Of a stretch of DNA of 64,000 nucleotides, positions 44,270-57,303 are shown piece after piece (within the stretch, counting starts at the first letter, position 1; every line of letters begins with the position of its first letter). The DNA lies in the NCBI GenBank assembly GCA_964252035.1, contig OZ176206.1; one strand, written 5' to 3'. A model generated the notes under the pieces. That model was not told where the DNA came from. It ran no database searches and saw nothing but the letters and a program-made list of their open reading frames with translations. Source of the DNA: Podarcis erhardii. Lineage: Eukaryota. Position numbers and translations under genes: made by a program.

Positions 44270-44570
44270 GGGCTTCTGGGCCTCCGTTGCTAGGGCTGGG
44301 GCTCGTTGCCAGGGGCGGGCCCGGCGGAGCCGGAACTCTCGCGAGGCCGAGGCGGCGGTTGCTCGGAGACGCGGCGACTCCGAGCCCGGGCAGCAGCCGG
44401 AGAGGGGACTCAGTCGCCACCATGGTGAGGCCGGAAGTGGGGGGCGCTTGCGATGAGGGGGCCCCGGGGGGCTCCCCCAAAACCGGGGCGGTGCTGGGGC
44501 TCCTGCCCGCCAAGAGGCCGCGACCCTCCACCCCGGAAGCGCGGGGGCTGGACGTGCTCAGCGACAGACT
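44270..44570 (+). promoter_or_regulatory. GAS8 CpG-island promoter with RFX X-box-like motifs
   Basis: GTTGCTAGGG 44286, GTTGCCAGGG 44305, GTTGCTCGGAGAC 44358-44370; Kozak gccaccATG at 44422. Confidence 0.65.
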
Positions 44571-47500
44571 GAACTCTGCACATGCTCAGGGGCATTCCTT
44601 CGTCACTCTTCCTTACGCGTGCCAAGAGTAAGCCCTGATATAAGCCTTGAGCCCCGGTAAGCACTGCTCTCACCACCACCACCACCCCCTATTTTACAAG
44701 TGTGCCTCTTCAACGCCATGGAGCAATTGCACAGGCAAGTAGGTGCAGGCAGCCAGAACCCATTTGTCCTTTGGAGAGAGGGAGGGATGCGTGGATCCCT
44801 TTCCTAGAGAAAACGGTACTTCATTGTTGCTCAAAGGGGTTATGAACATGAATTCACAGCCTCCTTCCTTCCTTTGGCTTAATCCATCACACTGAAGATG
44901 CTCTCTTCTCCTCTCTTGTCCTCTCCCCCACTACCGCGTTTGTTCAGGCTCCCAAAAAGAAAGGAGAAAAGAAAGGTGGCAAGAAGAAAGGTGCAAAAAG
45001 CCCTGTGGTGGATGCCGTCTCCCCGGAGGGCATGACCAAAGAGCAGGTGAGAAGGGGGTCACTTTGCAGTGGTAACAGAGAGGGTACATTCTTAAAAATG
45101 TGTGGATGGGAAATAGAAAGTACAATGCAAAGTGGTTTCTTGCCAACAAGAGGGAAACCAATCTACCTAGAGTTACTTAGGGGACTCCATTTCCTAGCAG
45201 CCCCAGGATGATGGGAGTTGTAGTCCAGCAACACCCTGCAGGCCACTCACGTTTCCCACCCCTGGCCTGTATCACATTAGAGAATGGTCAAGGTGTCTCT
45301 CATTTTGGGGTGGAGTGATGTATGGGGTGCTTGGCCTACCCTCATTATCTCCGACCTTCCTGGCTAGGAGTAAGACGCAAGTGTGAGTCATGCAGTCCCT
45401 CAGCTGGCTTGTTGCAGGTCCACTCTTTCCATCCCTCTGACACTTCACTACAGCACTGAGGACCAGCATTGGGAGAAGCCACTATTTTGCCAGGGGTCCA
45501 TGTTGTTCCTTACTACACCCTTCTGCATTCCATAGGGTAGCAAAACTAGGCACCTCTTCAGTATAGCTAAGCTCACAGTTCCATTTTACAGTTTGGGTAC
45601 AGGTATTGTGAGAATATTGCACAGGAACAGCCTTTGCCATCCTGATGCCTTCCAGGTGTTTTGGGCTGCATCTCCCATTAACCCCAGCCAGCAAACCCAT
45701 CAGTGTAGCTGATGGTAGATGACAACCAGCACTTCTTGAAGGTACCAGGTTGGCAAAGACTGCCCTAAACATTCTAAGCTGATTTATCCACTTCCAGAGA
45801 GCAACAGACTCATGGAGCCAAGCCTCTCTCTAACCAGATAATTCATTCACCTATTTATCGTGCATTCTGAAATGAAACAGTTGCACCCTTTCTGGAATTA
45901 GCCATGCTTCCCATCCCAGTTCACAGGAAAGCCTTGGCTTGAAAAGAAAAAGCTTTGGAATTCACTGAGTCAGAAAAGGCACAATGCCAGTAGTGGCGAT
46001 GGTGGGCTCCCAGTCCTTCCTCTCGGCTCCAGCCCGACTGTTGGCTGACCCTCTTCTTGGCTTTGCAGCTGGAGGAACACATGGGCCGCATTCGGGAGGA
46101 GCTGGACCGTGAGCGGGAAGAACGCAACTACTTCCAGCTGGAGCGAGACAAGATCCACACCTTCTGGGAGATCACTCGGCGGCAGCTGGATGAGAAGAAG
46201 GCTGAACTGCGCAACAAGGACCGCGAGATGGAGGAAGCCGAAGAGCGTCACCAGGTGGAGATCAAGGTAAGAGCCTGTGGACTTCACAGATCACAGAACT
46301 GTAGAGCTGGAAGGAATCCTAAGGCTTATATAGTCCAACCCCCTGCAGTGCAGGAATCACAGCTAAAGCATCCCTGACAGGTGAGGGATAAAAACATGAG
46401 CTGCTTTGTATGGAGTATGTAGTTAAGTAAAATAAAACATTTCCATTGGTACGAACCCAACAACCTTTTACTAGGGACCTTTTGCCTGTGAAACATGCTC
46501 TCTGCAACCATTGACCCATGCTGCCTCCACTTGTGGTTGAGCAGCTAGATATTGGCTTCGCCAGCCCCGCAATGTTGTGGATGGAAAGTGGGGAAATGGC
46601 TACGGCATTGGAAGGGTCTATTCTTTTGGCATAAAGACATAGAGGCTCACATGCTCCTGAATCTTCTTCAGTTCCTGGTACTTGATTAATTTGGAGCCAC
46701 GGTGCTGCAGACAGAGTTGGTCACCAGCTTGGTTGGTCTGGCACCCCTGGCTGGGGCACCTCAACCGACTTCCATCCCCTTCCCCTGAGTAGCCACAAGT
46801 GCCTCTCATTTACTCAGGCCTCTGCAAAAGAGAGTACCTTGGCCAATGAGGGCCAATGCCTGCCTCGTCTTCCTTTTGTCTCAGGTTTACAAGCAGAAGG
46901 TGAAGCACCTGCTGTATGAGCACCAGAACAACATCACAGAGCTGAAGGCAGAGAGTACAGTGTCTATGAAGCTGGCCCAGAAGGATCACCGGTCCCAGGA
47001 GATGGAGCTGCGTAAGGACATGCGCACCTTGAAGGTGGAGCTGAAGGAGCAGGAGCTGTCCAACGAGATGGTGGTGAAGAACCTTCGGCTGGTATGTCTG
47101 AAGTGATGCCGGACTTGGCTCTTGGGCTGGGCTCAGGCCAACTTTCGTTGAGTGCATGGTGTGCGGGTGGGAAGGAGAGGGGTGGTGGTTCTTAAACCTC
47201 AGTTGTTCCTCCAGCGCAAACCAGCCTTGGCTTTGCTTCTGAGCTAGGAGGAGGAGGCCTTTGTATATGCAACATCTGTCACTAACCAGTATCATCATCT
47301 TGGCAGAAACAACAAGAAGACATAACACGATTGCGCAATGACTTTGAGAGGCAGGTGAAAGGTCAGTTCTGGGGCTCGCCACCAAAAACTGTGGGGTTTG
47401 GGTTCAGAAGGGAAGGCTATCTTTGTGCCCAGGGAAGGATCAGTGGGCCACAGTGTCACTTCATCCCTTGGGCGCCCTTTCTCGCACACATGCAGTGACA

Positions 47501-50500
47501 AGGGAGCTGCTTCCTTATGGCACAGTCTCACTCTTCTGGAAGGTGTATGTGTGTGACTTTGTAGCCATGGTGTGTAAGGCCCATCTCATGAGTCCGCCCT
47601 ATGTTGTGTGTAAATGAGGCTAAGTAGCAGCTTGATAGAGAGCACTGATTTGTGTAGGGCCTGTCTTGCATACCAGCTCCTGTCTGTTTTGCAGTCATTC
47701 CGAGGGAGGGGCCTGAGGCTTCCTTGAAATGCCACATGCATTATAAGGTGGAACATGACAGCAGTTCTAAGCTCCTCATCAAATTAAATGTGTCAAAATA
47801 GCTAGGCACGGGAGTGCCATTTGCTAGGCCTTCTATGAATTCCATCTCTGCTGGGAGCTTTCTAGAAAGCCAGGCTCCATGGGCCCATCCTTTGCTCAGA
47901 GTTGTTTATATATAGTCTGAGCACTTCCAGTACCTTTGGGTGACAACATTTTCCAGTCAGCCGAGAGTCTTGCTTCGCCCTCTTGTTGGAGCTGGAGAAC
48001 ACTTTGCCCCATCTCCTCTTCCACACAGCATAGAGAAACAGCCCACAGATAGAGGCATGCATAGCCTTGTCACTTTTTTGCCTAGTAGAGCACTCAGTCT
48101 GCCCTGGGTGCTGCTTCCCCAGAGATCGAGGCCAAGTATGAGAAGAAGATGCGGGTTCTACGCGACGAGCTAGACTTGCGCAGGAAGACTGAAATCCATG
48201 AGATTGAGGAGAGAAAGAATGGACAGATCAACACACTGATGAAGAATCACGAGAAGGCTTTCAGCGACATCAAGAACTACTACAACGATGTCACTCTTAA
48301 TAACCTGGCACTTATCAACACCCTCAAGGTAAAAGACATGCACCACACGACACCATCCCCAAATCAGCCTGTTGCCAGGTAGTGGAAGGTCAAAGTGGAT
48401 GGTGTTCATTGGGCTTTCTGTGTTTTGTTTTTTGTTCTGCTTTGGCTGATTTCTGTACTGCCATTGCTTTAGAGCCACTACATGTTGCATTTGTTTGCTC
48501 TGCCATTGTGGATACCTTGAGTCCTGGAGCTCCTCTCTTGTGCATCTCACTATGGACCAACCCTTGTTGTAGTTGAAGGTCATGTGTTTCTCATTTGGGG
48601 AAACGAACCTTTCTGGTTTGGGGAGAAAGTCTGTTTCTATATTTTATATGTCAACTGCGACCTTGTTTGTTTGGAAATTTGTTCCATTCACTTCAGTGGG
48701 CCAGTCAAATGAGTCAGGGTGCAGGCTTGGTTATCCTCAGGTGAGTCAGAGCTGTTGTTTCTCTTTGCCTTGGTGGTGGTGGGTCCCATGGGAGGTTTGA
48801 GGAAGCATGTTCCAGGCAGGTGGTCAGGACTGGTGGGATGGGGCTTGCTGCCTGTTTTTGAGGACCTGAGGCACACACAGCCTCCTTTCTCTGTGTGTGT
48901 CTTGGAGTACAGGAGCAGATGGAGGAGATGAAGAAGAAGGAGGACCATCTGGAGAAGGAGATGGCTGAAGTGCTGCTGCAGAACAAAAAGCTGGTGGAGC
49001 CACTGCAACGAGCCCGTGAAGAGGTGGCGGAGCTGCAGAAGAAACTGGCGCACTATGAAAAGGACAAGGCCATGTTGCATGTGAGTCCCAGGGCTCTGCA
49101 TTCACCTTTGCTTCCTGTGTGTCCTGGCCAATGAACTCTGGGTTACTTAGTAGGACTGACTCTCTGCTAGTTTGGTGTGAACAGCATTGGGCTATTTCTG
49201 CACCAGCCCACTTTCATGCCACAGATTTTTATTTCCACTTTTGGTAGCAGTTTGCATTGTCTCTATTCTCATGTGCCCTTTATTTCCAGAGTTTGGAAAT
49301 TTGTACTGTGTGAAACAGGCACCACCCTTTCTGTGATGTCCTTCAGTGCTAACAGTGGTCATTTAGAGTCTAGACAAATGTTACTGCTCCTTCCATTCTA
49401 GTTGTTGTCCAGCACTTTGCTTTTTATTTTTATCAGTGTTTCAAGATGAGAGTTTCGTGATTTTACATGCAGCCACATACTCACGACCAGAGATCTCTTT
49501 TTAAGTTTTGTTCCCTTTTGATGCTGCACACTCCACCAAAATTGTTGCTGTGTCTGAATGCACAACAGTTTTGCCATAATCAAAAACAGACTCATTCAAA
49601 ACACAACTGCAGAGCAATTGAGTTACTATGTGAAGAGGAAGGCAGGGGGCCATAAGGATCATGAAACATGCTGGAAGTTGGGGGCAAGAGACCCCTGAGC
49701 TGATGTTTCCAGGATGAGGGACTTGAATGGTTCCCAGTCCCTGTGGAGCAGATAGAGGAACATAGTACTTTCCCACTCCTTTGCACTGTCTAGTTTGGAG
49801 GTCAAAACTCATCAGTCCCTTCTGTGCCCTAGGAACTGTGTGCGGCTGCTTTAACCTCCTTCTCTTCCCTCTCCAGCACACACATGCCCGTTTGAAAGTC
49901 ACCGAGAAGGAATTAAAGGATCTCCAGTGGGAACATGAAGTGCTGCAGCAAAGATTCATCAGGGTAGGGATCAAGAATCACTGTTGTGCTGTGGCTGAAC
50001 TCAGAGTTGAAAGAGGGTTGGATTTGATGGGTGGGCTGTGGGACAGGATGAAAAGTATGGGCCCATTTTCTGCAGATATCCAGTAGAGAGGTCTATATAC
50101 CCACCCACCATCCATTGGGCCTTGAGAATTCTGTGGTCCTGGTTGTTTCTTGATGAGACCTTTAGAGCAGATGGACAAGTCTGAGCCAAAACTGCCTGCA
50201 ATAGGCATTCCCTATCATCTCCAAATTAGCTGTGTAAATTTTTGCAGTTCTTTTGGATTGCTTGAGCAGCTGGACTTTGTGTTTGTCTGAACAGTGGCAT
50301 TTCTACTGCTGGGCTGGTCTAGTCATCAGTATGACTTAAAGAAGTGGGGACTGTGATACTGGGGAGGGGCAGCTCCCATCAGAGGGGGGGATGGAAGGGA
50401 GGGGCTCTCTTCAGTATAATTCATAAAGACTTGGGGACAGGTTTGCGTGCCATTCAGCATAGATCTGAGACCTCATTAGCTGCCTTTGAAAACTGGCTGC

Positions 50501-53500
50501 AGTGGTCCTGTCTTAATGAGGGGGTCTCTTACTAACAAGAATTGGGTCAGGCTGCCTCCCATCCCTCCTCCCCCACAGATCCTTGCAAAGTGCATTGGGA
50601 GAGAAAGGAGGCCTTTCTGTCCCCAAAGGCATCATTCTCTTGCTCCCCTGAAGCTGCTTAAAGCCCATGGCCTAGTCTGCCATGCCTTGCTGGGTGGTCT
50701 GTTTCTGTTCCTGAAATGGGGGAAAGAGGTTGCTGCAGATTCCTCAGTTCTCTGGCTTCTGAGGAGGAGACAAGCAAGCGTGCTGGGGGCTTCCCTGGAG
50801 CTGCCCTCTTTGACTGCTACAAGGCCGGGGGTTGAAAACAGGGGCTTGACTCTTCCTGATAAAGGTCAGCATATGGGAGCACAGCAAGGCAGTGGGTGGG
50901 CATTTGCATGGCATGTGCGCACACACACATGCACACACACACACACACACACATATAGCACAATGCAAGAGGATGGTTTTAACTGATAAAAACCTAATCA
51001 CCCCCAGCCCTGTCTTCCAGCTCCCACTGCCTTCCCTAATAGCCTGAGGGGCTGCCTCAGAGCTCTGCATTGCTCCTCCCTCTGTGACTCACTAAAGTCC
51101 CAACTTTTGGAATCATTGCAACATATTTTCATCTGTGTTGGTTTGTGACAGAGGGGTTGGGCAGCTGTTGTCATTGGGTAGCTGGCTTTTTATTTTTGGA
51201 AGAAGACTTTTACGCATGAATGTTAGGACTATAGACAGTTGCCTAAATACACACCCAGACCCTTGGTCCATGCAGCTCCGTCATGTCTATGCACTGACTG
51301 GCAGTGGCTCTCAAGGCTTCACCTTTCCCAGCCCTCCCTGGAGATGTGCGGGATGCAACTTTGGACATTCTGTATGCCAAGCATGTGCTCCACCACTGAT
51401 CTCCAGCCCTTTCCCATGTGCTCACAGTGGACAAGCAAAACACACAAAAACCCAAAGCGCTTTATTAACAGACAGGATACCTGGTTTAGGGGCTTCATGG
51501 GGCACCAGTCTGTGCCAAGGCTCAGAGCAGTGCTCTCTTTTACTCTGGGGTTGATGGTTGTTTGCACAGGTGCAGGACGAGCGAGATGACCTGTACCAGA
51601 AATTTACCAAAGCCATTAACGAGGTGCAGCAGAAAACTGGCTTTAAGAACTTGTTGCTGGAGCGGAAGCTTCTTGGCCTCTCCAACATCCTGGAGAAGAA
51701 GGAGGTGCAGCTCAACGAGGTCCTGGCTGCCACCAACCTTGATCCCGGTGCTCTCAGTGTGGTCACCCGCAAGCTGGAGGTACTGTGCTTCTAATCACCA
51801 TGGGGATTATAGAGAAAGTTTATAGATATTTTTCTAATACCCTTCAGTTAAACAAACAGCTCCCAGGCCAGATTAGAACAATTGGTCAGATTCCTTCTTG
51901 CTGCTGTTTCAGATGGGGTTTGTCCCTGGGTTTCATATTACCAAGATGGATTAGGCAAGATCTAGGTAAAACCTTGCAATGCACAGGAAAAAGGTGCACT
52001 GGCTAAAAGGGAGCTGCCAGGGGCTCAAGGTGTGGGCAAGTGCAGGGAGCCATCCTATAATAGACTCTGCCCAACCTGACAAGGGGAAGTTAGTTTTTCT
52101 CTGAGCACTCCCCCTCATTCAGGGGCAATTAATAAATGTAGCCTGCGCAGTATTTCAGAGGAGCTGCGCTTAGTTGTGCACAAGAGGCCCACAAGCATGA
52201 AAAGACTTTGCCTCAGCCCTCCAAACAATCAGAGCATGTACAGTAGTACCTCAGGTTACAAACGCTTCGGGATACAAACGCTTTGGGTTACAAACTCCGC
52301 TAACCTGGAAGTAGTACCTCGGGTTGAGAACTTTGCCCCAGGATGAGAATGGAAATCGCACGCCAGTGGCACAGCGGCAGCAGGAGGCCACATTAGTGAA
52401 AGCGCGCCTCGGGTTAAGAATCGTTTTGGGTTAAGAACGGACCTCTGGAACGAATTAAGTTCATAACCCAAGGTACCACTGTACCAACATTTCCATTTGC
52501 CAAGCAGGTTCTGAATGCACACGCACACAACTGGCCTCCAGTTGCCTCGGGTTGGCTAGAAGTTGCTGGGAGGTGTTTGTTTCCAGCAGCAGCTATAGAA
52601 GACAGCCACATGGGCAGGACTGTGGGCAAAAGGGACCCTCGCAGCAGTGACTGAACCAGTGGTGGGGTGAACTGCTCCACTGGGGAATGCTTTCCCTTCC
52701 TATCTGACCTGAGCCTCTTTGGTGCTTTCTTGGGACATGGAATGCACAAGCAGTCAGCAAGTGTCTGTTGTGCTTCTGGCTGTGAGAATACACTTGGCAT
52801 GAGGGTGCTGTGCCTGGGGAAATCTGCAGGAGCCAGATTGAAAGGGGAAGTTCCAGTGGTCAGAGACTTCAGTTTCTTTTCCCTCTGGCTGGTGGAGTTG
52901 GAAGAGATTCTACATGCAAATCTGCTGAACCTATGTGCCATTTATTCTGGTCCCAGAATCCGTTCAGTACACAGAGCACACATGCCCCTTTGCAGCATGA
53001 GAACTGTGAGAACTGAAGCGGCAATGTGCCCTCGTTGCCAGGGCGGTGTTTCCTGCTCTGCTGCTCAGTCTCCAGTGGAGATGGAAAGGGAGAGAGAGAA
53101 TGAGCTCCTGGCTGCCTTCTCGGTTCCTTGCCTCCCTCCTTCTCTCCCTGCGGCCACTTGGGACTGTCAGAATCTTTTAGCCACACAAGCATGGCTTGGG
53201 GACCTCTTGCTGCACAGCTTTCTCTCAACTCGTTCCACTCCATGGGGTTTCCCTGGTTGCTGATTTCCTAGCTGCCCGCTTTCTTTGCTAAGGTTGGGTT
53301 CTCTCTGACAGCGCCCTGGTACACAGCAAGGCGATCTGCACTTTCAAAGCATTCCCCTGGCACGTCATGTTGTTTCTGGGGAGCAGGGGCTGCCCATCAC
53401 ACTGCCAGGGCCCCTCCCCTCCGTGTTTCCAGCCCCAAGAGCCAAGGGAGGTTCTCCACCATAGGGACCTCTGTGGCCTCCTCACTCTTCAGGCTTCCTG

Positions 53501-55104
53501 TCCTGCCCAGTCTCTGAAATGCCTGATGGGATGGAAACAGAGTTATCTCCCGTGACTTGGCCTGCCTGGGAAGGGGGCTTAGTTAGCGGCTTCCACATTC
53601 CAAGCACGGCTGGCGCCAGTAACTGGAGATTCTTCCCAGAGGCAGCTGCTCCTTCCAGCAGGCCTCCCACATTCCTACCTTCAGCTGCTGCTTGCGCAGG
53701 AGGCACATCCACAGGGGATTCCCTGGGTATTGTAGCACCAGATCCTGTGCCAAATAGGGCAAAAAATGGCTTGGTGGCAGAAATGCCAGCCCACAGCTCT
53801 CATCTCCCATTACTGGCGGGCAACGCAGATGAGCCTTAATTTGAGTCACAAAGAGGAAATTGTGCAGGGAGGCAAGAGGCGCATTAGCTCCTGTTTGTGG
53901 ATGGAGTGCTCCACTGTGATTGCTATGCCAAGTGTGGAATGCAGTACTGTATACAAAATTCAGCACCCGTGAGAATCTCGGGTTTTACCTGATTTTGTAA
54001 AAGCAGGTTTCTAAACCTCATGGCCGTAGAGAGGCTTGGAAATACGTTGGCACTGCCTAATGAAATCACAGAAGCCAACCACAGACAGATTAGGACTTTC
54101 ATCATGCAGAATTTGTAGAAAGGAAAAGAGTCAAGCACAAGACTGTGCTGCAGAAGGGCACCTAACTTTGCATAGGCCTGTCGTGGCCCATTAAGAAATG
54201 GCCAGAAGCTCTGGCTGGGCCTTGACTAGTCCCCTTGTGGGCCAGTTCACTTGCCTGATGTGTTAACACCCAAACAACCTTCCTTCACAGGATGTGCTGG
54301 ATTCGAAAAACAATGCCATCAAGGATCTGCAGTATGAGCTAGCCAGAGTGTGCAAGGTAAGAGCTCCAGCTGAGGAGAACCCTGTAATTGTACTTGAATG
54401 TCTGTTGGAGCAAAATGTAGAGAGCAGGTCTCTTTAGACACAACCCAGGAAGGAAATATATTTTCCCTAGCGGTTGGCTTTTACTTAAGCCTTGTTTGAA
54501 AGCCATTTATGCCAGCAGGAATTCACTATCCTGTGGCAGTGAGTTCCATAGGTTAATGCCAAGAAGTGTGAATAAGTACTTCCCCTGTCTTTTCTAATGC
54601 CCACTGCCTACCCATCTCAGTGAACGGCTGATGGGTTTGACAAATGTTGTACTAGCCATCGCTCCATCTGACCTACCAAGTTGCATTGTATTCACCTTCA
54701 GCCCCATTTTTCTAAGTTAACAAGTTTGTTCTAAGCATTTGTTCCTTGAGATGGTCTAGCCTGCAACCATTTTAGTTGGCCTTTTCCTGCTCTCTTGCAT
54801 CCTTTTGGAGAAATATGGATGCAGCCGCCACTGCCATGGGTCCCTTGGGCTGGCTATTACCAGAGCATAGACAAGAGAAGTTGCCTTAGATGGCTGTGTT
54901 ATGGTATGTGATGTTTGATCCCTCTCCTCAACCTGCATTTGCCTCCCATTGCAGGCCCACAATGACTTGTTGCGGACGTACGAGGCCAAGCTCACAGCCT
55001 TTGGGATCCCTTTGGACAATTTGGGCTTCAAGCCCCTGGAGACCTCCGTGATCGGCCACACGCTGGGCCAGGGCCCTGCTGGGTTTGTCTCAACCCCCAC
55101 GTAG
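44422..55104 (+). CDS. GAS8: Growth arrest-specific 8 / dynein regulatory complex subunit 4; 11 exons, 482 aa
   Basis: Exons 44422-44424 (ATG only), 44948-45046, 46069-46266, 46885-47091, 47307-47361, 48123-48328, 48913-49080, 49877-49963, 51570-51779, 54291-54356, 54955-55104 total 1449 nt. MAPKKKG...[26 protein letters not shown]...[14 protein letters not shown]...[24 protein letters not shown]. Confidence 0.96.
52241..52481. mobile_element. Tigger-like Tc1/mariner MITE
   Basis: TIRs cagtagtacct / aggtaccactg flanked by TA on both sides (52239-52240, 52482-52483). Confidence 0.85.
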
Positions 55105-55257
55105 CACAGCCTGACATCATACTTTGGAATGCCTTCAGCCTAAGCCTTGTGTGCAAGCAAGCCACTGTCCCGCTCCTGCTGTGGCCGTAGAGGGGAGGGA
55201 GGGAGGGAGAGAGCAGCCCCCTGGAATGAGATTGCGTCTGCTCCAGCCCTCATTTGT

Positions 55258-55263
55258 ATTAAA
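55258..55263 (+). terminator. Candidate GAS8 polyadenylation signal ATTAAA
   Basis: About 155 nt after the GAS8 stop. Confidence 0.5.
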
Positions 55264-55710
55264 GAGGCCCTGTGGTGGGCTATTCAGTCTTCAGTCTCTG
55301 CAAAGCCTCCCTTTTTCTTTCCCACCCACGTCAAGGCAGAGCTTGGGGACTTGAAAAGCATTCTCCTCTTGATTATTGAGCCCCTGGACTACTTAATCTC
55401 ACCTTATCTAGACCCTCCAAAGTCCTCCACACCTATGTTGTGTCCACTCAAGCACCATCCAATGTGAGAACCTCTGAAGAGCCTGGCTTCTGGATCCAGG
55501 CTAAAGGACTACCTAGTCCAGCATCCTGTTTCCCACAGTGGCCAAGCAGATGCCTCTGGGAAGCCCACAATCAGGACGTGAGTGCAGCAGCCCTCTCCCC
55601 ACTCATGTTCCCCAGCAACTGAGGGAGCCCTACCTAATCAGTAGAGCACACATGTTTCAAGGACCCAGACCCAATTCATGGCATCAATTTAAAAGAAGAG
55701 GCTTACAAGT

Positions 55711-55869
55711 GAGTTAGTTCTAGGTATGAGCTTTCGTGTGCATGCAGTGTGCATGCACACGAAAGCTCATACCTAGAACTAACTCAGTTGGTCTTTAAGG
55801 TGCTACTGGAAGGAATTTTTTTATTTTGTTTTGACCATGGCAGACCAACACGGCTACCTATCTGTAACC
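55711..55869. mobile_element. Penelope-like fragment with head-to-head inversion
   Basis: Perfect 36-bp inverted repeat 55711-55746 / 55750-55785; 12-bp direct repeat (TSD) aggcttacaagt at 55699-55710 and 55870-55881; same family as 8093-8180. Confidence 0.85.
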
Positions 55870-56045
55870 AGGCTTACAAGTATCAGTCTTTAGATTACTC
55901 TCACATTTACTACGAGGCAGTTGCGGCTTGGGCCAGAAGTGGCCGTGGATGTAACCACAGCTCTCCAACCGCTGGACTGTGCCAGCTCTCTCAGAACAGG
56001 CACCCCGGTTTGCTGAAGCAGCCCCTCCTGCTGGCCGGTCTCCCA

Positions 56046-56967
56046 CTAGCTTCCCCTGTAGGTGGTGTAGGAATAGGGGCTGAGCAGCAAGGGGATGTGC
56101 ACTTTTTCTTCCTCTGTGATGGTGAAGACGATCTAAAGAGAGAGACAAGCAAGAGGATGTGTAAAGACAAGGGGGGGGGGGAATAGCAGGAGGTTGGTAG
56201 TGCTCTTTGGTCTGAGATCCTTTCTTCGCTGCACTGGGCTTAGCCCAGGAAAAGACATTTGTCAGGGGCACAAATGCCTGGTCTGGAGCACCCCTAGTGC
56301 CCAGTCCTGGCACACTTCTAGCTTTGTGCTCTTTCAGGGATGTCCCATGCACAACATCTAGCTCTCCTACCAACCACCTGGGCCTCTTCCTGCAGGTTTC
56401 TGAGGGACTTCACGGTGTGCAGCCTTCATAATGTGAAGTTTATGCTGATTTCTCCCATTTTCCAACGTTGTGCTTCTCCTGCTAGGAATTATATCCCTCA
56501 AAGGGCAGTGAGTGGTGGTCCCTGCCATCATCAGTCCTCCCTATGTAGGAAGGAGCCTCCCCCCCCTCCAGGTGTGAGTTTCATCTGGGAACCAAACTTA
56601 CTTCCACATAAGGGTAAAAGCTGCTGTATCCTTGTTGCTCCCAGTACTCCCTCGTCTCAAAGCGCAGCTTATAGGTGCCAGGTTTCAGCTCCCTAGGCAT
56701 CGGGCTGTTTCTGTCCAAGCGCCCATCAGGGTTTGTCTTGCTGGAAAAGAATAAATGAGGCTGAAACGGCAACAGCCCCAGCCCTACCAAGGGAGGGAGA
56801 TGGTCCTGCTTCATCCCCTCCTACCTCTTCATGAGCTCTGCCCACGGACGTTGGGGATCCTCCAGCTTAGAGAAGTGCATGGCCAGGCCTTGGGCAGGGA
56901 GGCCGGTGAGCACGTTCAGTGCGTGGACAGTCAGGAAAGCGTGGTGGACCTCATCAGAACTAGCCAC
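56046..56967 (-). CDS. URAH: 5-hydroxyisourate hydrolase (transthyretin-like), 3 core exons; N-terminus unresolved
   Basis: Exons 56967-56825, 56740-56602, 56132-56046. LTVHALNVLTGLPAQG...TNPDGR...PGTYKLRFET..YW...SFYPYVEIVFTI...VHIPLLLSPYSYTTYRGS*. Catalytic His, Arg, His and the terminal YRGS are all present. The start is either the in-frame ATG at 57045 or an upstream spliced exon. Confidence 0.92.
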
Positions 56968-57247
56968 CTGGGATTCAGAATGGAGAGCCGGGTGGAGCAA
57001 AAGCCTCTGTACGAGTTCCTCCCCCTCCCAGTTTCCTAGGCCCATCGATTCCCAAAGGAAGATGTCCTTGCCACCCTCAGCAGCAGGCCCTTATTTTCCA
57101 AGCTCTTTCTTGCTGCCCTCAGCAGTTTTTCCTGTTTTAAAATGTTTGCTTTTTCTGTGTGCATGGGGGCTTTCTGTGAGGTGTTGTGGTTGTGGGGAGA
57201 GAGGGAGCAGAGCTGTGCTGTGCCTGTCAACAGCACCCCACCCACTG

Positions 57248-57303
57248 CTCACCCATCCACCAGCTGTGTATTCAAACACAAACTCTGCTGGTGGATGGGT
57301 GAG
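57248..57303. repeat. Perfect 17-bp inverted repeat with inner 5-bp stem (hairpin)
   Basis: ctcacccatccaccagc / gctggtggatgggtgag; inner tgtgt/acaca. Confidence 0.9.
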
